Positions 57,038 to 64,000 of a stretch of DNA of 64,000 nucleotides are shown here, in pieces. How positions within the stretch are numbered: the first letter of the stretch is position 1; each line of letters opens with the position of its first letter. A program made the translations under genes and the position numbers. Origin of the DNA: Bulleidia sp. (GTDB lineage Bacteria; Bacillota_I; Bacilli_A; Erysipelotrichales; Erysipelotrichaceae); NCBI GenBank assembly GCA_034088345.1, contig JAXDWO010000004.1, positions 5,794 through 69,793 of the forward strand. Direction: 5' to 3'. The notes under the pieces were generated by a model. It saw only the letters and a list, made by a program, of their open reading frames with translations. It had not been told where the DNA came from and made no database searches.

Positions 57038-58587
57038 TCTGCCTCCTTAATATGATGCAACAGCATTGCAACTAATAAAGCAAGATATGTTGTTGTAATA
57101 AACTGATCAAGCATATGTCCACTTAACCAAGCTCCACCAAGTCCTGCTGCAGCACTAACAGCCATTACTAAATTATCTAAAGTAAATAGTTTTTTAAATT
57201 TACGTATAAAGTGATATAGACCATAGAAAATAACAAATATCCAAGGAAGTACACATAAAAGTTCACCAATATAACCTAGTGTATAAATCTGTTGTTTAAA
57301 GTCTTGTTCTAAAACAATTGAACCATTCATAAATGTACTATATCCCATTCCTAACAGTTTCTCTTTTTGGGTTAAGTTTTGGTATTTGTAATTAAAGAAT
57401 ATCGTTTCTATTTGTCTACCACTCACACGGTCAAATACTGGCATAAATGTGACATCAACCCAGAACTTAGGATCGACTTGATAGCTATAATACTCGGTAT
57501 AATACATACTTGGAACAGATTGAATATAACGGGCATTGATACCATATGTTTCAAACATATAAACATAGAAGTTGATATATTCTACAGATCCTGGAACTAA
57601 ATCATCAGCGTTGGCTAATTCTTCTTTACCTAAATCAGCCATACCATTATGTAATAAAGCTGTATCATTTTTGGCATCAACTTTCTGGTTTTGAACTGCT
57701 GGTGTCATTGGTAAAATCATGGCAAATACTGCCGCAAATATAACAGTCACAAAACAAATCGTCTTTTGAAATTTTTCTGTTTTTGTAATGAGTACGGTAA
57801 ATAAGTAAATAGCTAAAAATAATACCGGCATTACAACAGCGCCATATGTCGCAACTCTAGTTGCTAGCATTTGCATAGATAAAGATTGAATAAAGATTAG
57901 TGATGCTAAATATAGTTTGTTCTTCTTATTTTCTTCTCGATAAAAGAAATAGTATATCATTGGCAAAATCATAAATAACAAAATACCAATTGTATTTCCT
58001 TCATTAAAAAAGAATTTAGAAGCTAGAGTTCTAGGATGATATGCTTGATATATGCCATTAAACCAGGTAAAAATATTACCTACTGTATATCCATAATATG
58101 TACTTTTTGCAAAGACAAATAAATCACCAATTAATATGGTAATACTGATAGATGCCGATAAAATGCAAGTAATGAGTTTTACTTCTTTTTCATTAAAGTT
58201 TTCGTTATAAATTAAATAAACAAGGAAATACGGAATAACAAGTGTTAATACATAGGTTAATTCCTGGAAAGTATTGAAATAAAAGTTATCAGTAAAAGCT
58301 AAACGTTCAACAAGACTCGCTGCTTGTTTTGCATGTAACACAAAATAAACTAACAGTAGAACTCCATAAGTTCCTACTGCAATAAAAGTTCTCTTTTTCT
58401 TTTTATCACGTAGAATAAAAGAAAAAATAAGTAATAATGGTACAACTACAAAACGAAGAATTGTAGATAATCTAGGCAAACCAAACTGATCTAAAAAATC
58501 ATAGATCAAATAGTCCATATCTATAATTGGTTGAATCGCTAAAAATACGATTACCAGTATATGTAACAGCTTTTCTTGCTTTCTCAT
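57034..58587 (-). CDS. Polytopic membrane protein, O-antigen ligase/polymerase-like (Wzy_C-type) or GT-C-like
   Basis: 517 aa with more than 10 TM segments and an extracytoplasmic loop of about 110 aa (residues around 330-440). The pattern NEGNTIG...ATRVAT resembles the Wzy_C family. The assignment is tentative. Confidence 0.5.
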   Translation of the reverse strand: MRKQEKLLHILVIVFLAIQPIIDMDYLIYDFLDQFGLPRLSTILRFVVVPLLLIFSFILRDKKKKRTFIAVGTYGVLLLVYFVLHAKQAASLVERLAFTDNFYFNTFQELTYVLTLVIPYFLVYLIYNENFNEKEVKLITCILSASISITILIGDLFVFAKSTYYGYTVGNIFTWFNGIYQAYHPRTLASKFFFNEGNTIGILLFMILPMIYYFFYREENKKNKLYLASLIFIQSLSMQMLATRVATYGAVVMPVLFLAIYLFTVLITKTEKFQKTICFVTVIFAAVFAMILPMTPAVQNQKVDAKNDTALLHNGMADLGKEELANADDLVPGSVEYINFYVYMFETYGINARYIQSVPSMYYTEYYSYQVDPKFWVDVTFMPVFDRVSGRQIETIFFNYKYQNLTQKEKLLGMGYSTFMNGSIVLEQDFKQQIYTLGYIGELLCVLPWIFVIFYGLYHFIRKFKKLFTLDNLVMAVSAAAGLGGAWLSGHMLDQFITTTYLALLVAMLLHHIKEAE

Positions 58588-58601
58588 TACTTACCTCACT
58601 T

Positions 58602-59756
58602 TTAAAGAACATCCATAAATTCTTTTAATATTCCTTCATTATCATACTTATAATGACATAATTCTTGTTTCTTTTTTCTTAATTTTTCTAAATCTTTAAG
58701 AGCCTCTCTTAAACCATTTGTTAAGGCTTCTTCATTATTTTCTACAATCCAGCCATAAGAAGGATCTGTAATCTGCTCTTCACAACCACTTACTCTAGTT
58801 GTAAGTACTGGTGTACCAACAATAAGACTTTCATTGATGATTGTTGCAAAACCTTCATACAAGCTGCTTAATACAAATAAATCGCATTCTGCAATATCGC
58901 GATAAGGATTTTTCTTAAAACCCAGAAAGTGAATATGAACAGCCTTCAAATCTTCAACTAATTTTTTCAGCTCATCTTCAAGTTCACCACCACCGATTAA
59001 ATATAAATCATGTTTATATCCTTCATTATAGACTTGTGTACTTGAGCGAATTAAACGATCAATCCCCTTTTGTGGATGTAATCTTGCAACATTGATTATA
59101 TTAACGGTATTTTTATTCGTAATATTAGTATGTTTTTCTAATAATCCTTTTTCAAGGATAGACGTATCCATGAGGTTATGAATCGCAATACCATTTTGAA
59201 CACGGAATACCGTTTCATATGCAATTAATGCCTGGTTACTGTCTGCGATATTTAAATCAATATACCGCAAGGCATCTTTTACTAGCCCCATATGATTTTT
59301 AGAATAATTACATACACTGTAATCTGTTAATACCCAGTTGATTTTTCTTAAAGAATCACCATAAGCAGTAAATATTGTACAAAAACCTTCTTTTGCGGCT
59401 ACTTCTACATCATATTTTTTATGCAGTATTTTCTTTCTTTCTTTTTTAATCTTGCTCTTGATTAAGCCTGTCTTCATATAAAATAACAGTCTTAACTTAC
59501 GCAAAGTCTCAAAAACATGACCACCCTTCACTAAAAACTCCAGTGATTCATCTACTGGTCTAAAAAAAGTTGTTCCTTCAATGACATGAATGCCTTCTGG
59601 AACTTCATCCAGTAGCATTCCCTGTTTATGTAGAACTAATAAATCTACTTCATATTTATCTTTTGGTAGACTTAGCATAAGGGTATTTAAAACTCTTGCT
59701 ACCCCACCCATACGCATTTCGTCATTCACAAAAAGTATCTTTTTCTTATCGGTCAT
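58602..59756 (-). CDS. Glycosyltransferase family 4 (GT-B)
   Basis: 384 aa with the C-terminal pattern LSSLYEGFATIINESLIVGTPVL (E-x7-E-like). Confidence 0.75.
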   Translation of the reverse strand: MTDKKKILFVNDEMRMGGVARVLNTLMLSLPKDKYEVDLLVLHKQGMLLDEVPEGIHVIEGTTFFRPVDESLEFLVKGGHVFETLRKLRLLFYMKTGLIKSKIKKERKKILHKKYDVEVAAKEGFCTIFTAYGDSLRKINWVLTDYSVCNYSKNHMGLVKDALRYIDLNIADSNQALIAYETVFRVQNGIAIHNLMDTSILEKGLLEKHTNITNKNTVNIINVARLHPQKGIDRLIRSSTQVYNEGYKHDLYLIGGGELEDELKKLVEDLKAVHIHFLGFKKNPYRDIAECDLFVLSSLYEGFATIINESLIVGTPVLTTRVSGCEEQITDPSYGWIVENNEEALTNGLREALKDLEKLRKKKQELCHYKYDNEGILKEFMDVL

Positions 59757-60711
59757 ATATCTTTAATACTGCTTCCATCTTTCTTTTTCTTAATAATGTA
59801 AAAATAATCTTCTGCTTTATGCCAGCTTTCTTATAATACGCATCTCTTGCATATTCTGGATAACTTTTTTCTAATCTTTGTATATTTTCGAGCAAATATT
59901 CTTTACGTACATCTTTTTCATCAAAATCTTTAATGCGCAATGTCGTTAAAATTAAACCATGTGTAATATACAAATGATGTATCTCATCTAATATTTCTGA
60001 TTCATTTCCATGTTCTTTAACATAGGCATAAATACCATCTAATGCATCATAAATATCAAATATCTTTCGATTAGCACTATGAGCAATAGAACCCTTGCGT
60101 TGTCTATAATAATAAAACGCTTTGTTCACTTTTGATACTGCTTTTGCTTTATATAACAAGATAGGAATTAATGCTAAATCTTCATAATATTTATGAAATG
60201 GAAATTCTACATCTTGAAATAATTCTTTTTTGAATAATTTATTGCATGCACTGTTATTTATCGCAATCAGTTCAGGATTTTTCTTACAATTTGTTGTTTC
60301 AAATGTACCACCTGAAGAATATTTTCTTTCATTACTATCTTCATAAAAATATTCCATATCACTTACTGCAATATCAGCATTTTCTTTCATTAGTGATTCA
60401 AGTAATTCCTCAACCATATTTTCATGGATAACATCATCACTATCCACAAATAAATAATAGTCACCCGTACTATGTTTTATGCCATAATTTCTGGCATCAC
60501 TTAAACCGCCATTTTCTTTATTCAATATAATAATTCGAGAATCTCTTGCATGCATTTTTTCTAATACAAGAAGTGAATCATCTGTTGACCCATCATTTAC
60601 CGCAACAATTTCAATCTCTTTATAAGATTGATTCATAATGCTTAATAGACATTCTTCGATATAATCCTGCACATTATAGACAGGAACAATAACACTAACT
60701 TTATTAACCAT
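59746..60711 (-). CDS. Glycosyltransferase family 2
   Basis: 321 aa with VSVIVPVYN, NDGSTDDS and VDSDDVIHE motifs. Paralogous in pattern to 56060-57037. Confidence 0.8.
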   Translation of the reverse strand: MVNKVSVIVPVYNVQDYIEECLLSIMNQSYKEIEIVAVNDGSTDDSLLVLEKMHARDSRIIILNKENGGLSDARNYGIKHSTGDYYLFVDSDDVIHENMVEELLESLMKENADIAVSDMEYFYEDSNERKYSSGGTFETTNCKKNPELIAINNSACNKLFKKELFQDVEFPFHKYYEDLALIPILLYKAKAVSKVNKAFYYYRQRKGSIAHSANRKIFDIYDALDGIYAYVKEHGNESEILDEIHHLYITHGLILTTLRIKDFDEKDVRKEYLLENIQRLEKSYPEYARDAYYKKAGIKQKIIFTLLRKRKMEAVLKIYDR

Positions 60712-60733
60712 AATTTTAAGTATATCTTATCTG

Positions 60734-62170
60734 TTATTCACAGGTAAACCCATCACACCCATTTTTCCAGAACCATTTAGAAGCATAATCTATATTGATA
60801 TCATTTGTCCATGAACGATCTTTGTCGGTAAAGATAATTTGCATTTCACCCGTTTTGTTATATTCAGTATCACCAACAATCACTTTATCTTCTTCTATTT
60901 GAATATTTAAACCATTCAAATCAATTGTAAATGGTTCTTCACTTTCTTGAACAAGTTCTCCATTTTTCACTACTGCATAGTAATTTCCATTTGGATTATT
61001 TTTAAAATCTTTTGTCATACCTAGATTTCTTAAAGCATTACTTTCATAATCCTGTAATGAAGTTCTATGGTAACCTTTATAATTCATAATCGTAATACAT
61101 GGATATTTACTTGCTTCATCAAGCAGACGGTAAATATCAACATTTTGATGATTCATCAAAGCTTTTGCTGTATATAAACTTGCATCTTCTAATAAACCTT
61201 GATAAACAGCATTATATTGATGATTTTTAATCAGATTATTTTCTGTTGCATAAGTTGCAAGATATTTAGTCACAATTTCTGCTCCCCAGCTGTTATTATG
61301 CCAGGTATCACCATCCATATCGATATACCAGTTAATTTCATCCGCAAGCTGAATAAAATCTATATATTTACATCCCTTTGATGTTACATAATTCCATACA
61401 TCGTTTAATGTATTCGTACTTTCTTCATCGATGATATATGGTGTCTTAATAAATATAAGCTCAATATTTTCTTTGTTGCATAAAGCAATTAAATCATCAA
61501 TTGATTTTTCAGCTTCTTCTGATAAAGATTTTGTTTCACTAGCTTCATAAGCAATTAAAGGAACGTATCTTGTTTCTAAAACTTCTAGAGGAACATGTCC
61601 CAAGTTATAGTTATAACCTTCTGCCTGTTTTGCATTATCTAAAAACGATTTAAAATCTTTTAAATCAATATTTTTCCATTGATCATGATTCATAAGTAAA
61701 TCATATTTATATTGCAGCTTAACTCCTTCTGGGGCTTTATCAGCTGCTTCAAGACGATTACTGCCAGTCATTTCATCAATTGCCTTATAAAACATACCAT
61801 CTGCATAGCAGATATCACTTTGTTCTAATAATGTAAATACATCAACATAAACAAGCGTTGGTTTTTGTGTTTTCAAGGCTTCTTGCAGCATATTTGTAGA
61901 CATCGATAACGGTTGACAACTGCTGCCAAGAACATAACTGTAATATCCCGTTTCTTCATAAAATACTGCAGGATTAAATGCATATTGCATATGACTTGAA
62001 CCTAATGCGATAACATCAATACAGTTTTCTGGAAGATTTCGAAATAAATCCCCTTCTTTATTTCGATCAATACGAAAATAAGGTGTAATAAAAATCCACA
62101 GGCATATAGCAATACTTACAAGTAAGATTAATTTTATACATGAAGCAAATATTTTTAAAGCTGTTTTCAT
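60734..62170 (-). CDS. DltD-like / SGNH-fold membrane-anchored protein, predicted acyltransferase partner of the MBOAT
   Basis: 478 aa with an N-terminal TM, block I-like ALGSSHMQY, and block V-like DGDTWH (DxxH). An extra C-terminal domain of about 140 aa is present. Directly downstream of the MBOAT gene. Confidence 0.55.
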   Translation of the reverse strand: MKTALKIFASCIKLILLVSIAICLWIFITPYFRIDRNKEGDLFRNLPENCIDVIALGSSHMQYAFNPAVFYEETGYYSYVLGSSCQPLSMSTNMLQEALKTQKPTLVYVDVFTLLEQSDICYADGMFYKAIDEMTGSNRLEAADKAPEGVKLQYKYDLLMNHDQWKNIDLKDFKSFLDNAKQAEGYNYNLGHVPLEVLETRYVPLIAYEASETKSLSEEAEKSIDDLIALCNKENIELIFIKTPYIIDEESTNTLNDVWNYVTSKGCKYIDFIQLADEINWYIDMDGDTWHNNSWGAEIVTKYLATYATENNLIKNHQYNAVYQGLLEDASLYTAKALMNHQNVDIYRLLDEASKYPCITIMNYKGYHRTSLQDYESNALRNLGMTKDFKNNPNGNYYAVVKNGELVQESEEPFTIDLNGLNIQIEEDKVIVGDTEYNKTGEMQIIFTDKDRSWTNDINIDYASKWFWKNGCDGFTCE

Positions 62171-62180
62171 ATTCTTACTC

Positions 62181-63560
62181 CTAGAAAGTTACATAAATGA
62201 AATCTTGAGCATGATACCCAGGACCATATACACCAAATACAATCGCAAATAATATTAAGACAATATAGAATAACCATCTAATAATAAATATTCTTTTGCT
62301 TAAGAAAGTAATCATATCAGTATAATACCTGCAAATATCAGTAATGATGACGATACCTAGCAAAACAAATGTCCATAATAATTCATTTTGAGAAATATGT
62401 TCAAATAAATAAGTATTTGTAATCTTGGATGATACAAATATTGATTGAAAGAAAGAAATAGCTTCATTCATACTGCCTGATTTAAAGAATACCCATAGTA
62501 TTGATACCAGCATAAAATTAATTAAAATTCTTATTGGACTAAGAAATTTCATTTTCTGATAGGAAGGAATTAAACGGTGTATTGCATCTTCAATAATATT
62601 GATTAAGCCATGTCCTATTCCCCATATCACAAACATTAAAGTAGAACCATGCCATAAACCAGACACTAAAAATACAACTAAAACATTGATATATTTTCTA
62701 ACAATTCCCTTTCGATTGCCACCTAATGGAATATAGATATAATCTTTTAGCCATGTACTTAAAGAGATATGCCATCTGCTCCAGAAATCTTGAATAGATA
62801 CTGCTAAATATGGTGTATGGAAGTTTCTATTTAGATGAAAGCCTAACATTCTACTAGCACCAATAGCGATATTACTGTAGGAATCAAAATCTACATAAAT
62901 ATAAAATGCATATAAAACTAAAGCAAAAAACTTGTAAATACCGGTAAAAACATCATTACTTGAAAATATATTCATTACTCTAAATAATTCATCGCCAATC
63001 ACTAGTTTTTCAAAGAAACCAAGCATCATCAAAATAAAACCATTCTTTTGATCTTGATATTTAAATCTAAATGGTTTCTTTAATTCAGCAAAAAACTCTT
63101 TAGATCGATGAATTGGTCCTGCTAGAAAGCATGGAAAAAATAATATATATGCATATACATTAACAATGCCTTGTGCTTTAACTTTCTTGTTATAAATATC
63201 TACAAGATAACTAATAACTTTAAAGGTATAAAAAGATAAGCCTAGTGGCATAATAATACTTTTAGAAAAGTAACCAGCATATTTAAAAAAGACTAATCCC
63301 AAAACAGGAAAAATCAAAGAAACAAACAAGGTAATCCTATTATTTTTTTGTGAAAGAATCATACCTGAAAGCCAAGTATAACCCGCTAATATCAAAGCAT
63401 ATACGATTGATACTGTATTTTTTAATATCAAAAACATAAAAAGAAAATTTGCTAATAATATCAAATATTTTCTTGTTTTGTTATTAAATATCCATGATAA
63501 AAATGGCGTTACAAATAACATTCCAAAATATTCTAAAGAAAAAACACTCATAATGGCCAC
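62181..63560 (-). CDS. MBOAT family membrane-bound O-acyltransferase (AlgI/DltB/PatA-like)
   Basis: 459 aa, polytopic, with the conserved-His region FWSRWHISLSTWLKDYIYIPLGGN. Confidence 0.85.
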   Translation of the reverse strand: MAIMSVFSLEYFGMLFVTPFLSWIFNNKTRKYLILLANFLFMFLILKNTVSIVYALILAGYTWLSGMILSQKNNRITLFVSLIFPVLGLVFFKYAGYFSKSIIMPLGLSFYTFKVISYLVDIYNKKVKAQGIVNVYAYILFFPCFLAGPIHRSKEFFAELKKPFRFKYQDQKNGFILMMLGFFEKLVIGDELFRVMNIFSSNDVFTGIYKFFALVLYAFYIYVDFDSYSNIAIGASRMLGFHLNRNFHTPYLAVSIQDFWSRWHISLSTWLKDYIYIPLGGNRKGIVRKYINVLVVFLVSGLWHGSTLMFVIWGIGHGLINIIEDAIHRLIPSYQKMKFLSPIRILINFMLVSILWVFFKSGSMNEAISFFQSIFVSSKITNTYLFEHISQNELLWTFVLLGIVIITDICRYYTDMITFLSKRIFIIRWLFYIVLILFAIVFGVYGPGYHAQDFIYVTF

Positions 63561-64000
63561 TCCGTTCTGTCATTATTTTTAACGATATATGCTTTATGAC
63601 TAATCTTCGCTAAAGGTGTATCGCTAAGTGAATCTGAATAAAATTCATCAATAACACCACTTGGAAATCTTTCATAAAATCTTTTTACTTTTTCTTCTCC
63701 ATGACAGTTCAATCCATTATATTTACCAGTAGTCTTTTCAACTCGACTTGCCATAGCTGTATGAATATTTACTTTTTCACAAAAAGAAGATATTAAAAAC
63801 TCAGGTGAAGCAGATATTACTACATCATCTTCTTTTTGACTGTCTAAATACCATTTTTTAACATGATTAAGATGCGATGAAGTAAACTCATCTGTCACTT
63901 TATCTATATCTTTTACATATGTAAACATATGATATAAATTTTCTTTAAATTTTAATTTTGGTGTCAGTTTTAATGCATAGCCTAAACCATAAAATAAAGT
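63548..64000 (-). CDS. HAD-IB-like hydrolase, 5'-truncated by the window edge
   Basis: The reading frame stays open upstream of the track's Met (63928) to position 64000: ...TLFYGLGYALKLTPKLKFKENLYH-MFTYVKD. The C-terminal part (FYSDSLSDTPL) resembles the phosphoserine-phosphatase-like HAD-IB motif IV. Overlaps the MBOAT start by 13 nt. Confidence 0.55.
   Translation of the reverse strand, partial: TLFYGLGYALKLTPKLKFKENLYHMFTYVKDIDKVTDEFTSSHLNHVKKWYLDSQKEDDVVISASPEFLISSFCEKVNIHTAMASRVEKTTGKYNGLNCHGEEKVKRFYERFPSGVIDEFYSDSLSDTPLAKISHKAYIVKNNDRTEWPL

Noticed and set aside
1-64000. Search for defence systems (CRISPR-Cas, restriction-modification, abortive infection, retrons), toxin-antitoxin pairs, prophage or integrative elements, and tRNA/rRNA genes
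   Set aside because: No repeat-spacer array, nuclease/methylase/reverse-transcriptase-like ORFs, integrase or phage structural genes, or tRNA-like cloverleaf sequences were recognised. Apart from the single IS, the window looks like core chromosome plus a cell-envelope glycopolymer locus.

Overview
This is an AT-rich (roughly 30-35% GC by eye) chromosomal segment from a low-GC Bacillota genome. The evidence for that is GGAGG-type RBSs, T-box leaders, and a Bacillus-like secDF-recJ-apt-relA-hisS-aspS block. An Erysipelotrichia/Bacilli-like gut organism is only a guess. About 57 genes are present and nearly all lie on the minus strand. From left to right the window contains: (1) a peptide-uptake and degradation operon with a family-5 SBP lipoprotein, an S9 peptidase, two permeases, a single ATPase and an amidohydrolase; (2) cutC, purB and a Crp/Fnr regulator; (3) scpA-scpB fused in overlap with two lipoprotein genes; (4) an ISL3-family insertion sequence with an 8-bp target duplication and unusual iterated subterminal repeats; (5) leuS with a Leu (CUU) T-box, a GT4 glycosyltransferase, pyruvate:ferredoxin oxidoreductase, a YneF-like protein and a DD-carboxypeptidase; (6) a structured sRNA downstream of aspS, probably 6S RNA; (7) hisS-aspS behind a T-box, then relA, apt, recJ; (8) a MurD-like ligase translationally coupled to a PP-loop protein, plus a HAD phosphatase; (9) secDF and a ComN-like gene; (10) a truncated dcw cluster (mraZ-rsmH-ftsL-pbp2B-mraY) with a phased GTG operator array; (11) rpmF/yceD, a hydrolase, tmcAL, yebC, yitT, a phosphatase, a split Alg14/Alg13-like glycosyltransferase and ptsI without ptsH; (12) a cell-envelope glycopolymer operon of about 12 kb (LCP, unknown 263-aa protein, GtrB-like GT2, GT2, Wzy_C-like membrane protein, GT4, GT2, DltD-like SGNH protein, MBOAT, HAD-IB) that runs off the right edge. 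I saw no CRISPR array, tRNA/rRNA gene, prophage or recognisable defence or toxin-antitoxin module. The most interesting candidates are the PP-loop/MurD-like pair (a possible MurL/MurD2-type D-Glu route displaced from the dcw cluster), the architecture of the IS ends, the acylation and glycosylation modules of the glycopolymer locus, and several RNA or operator elements. All functional calls rest on motif and family recognition by eye. Coordinates of RNA and regulatory elements are approximate.
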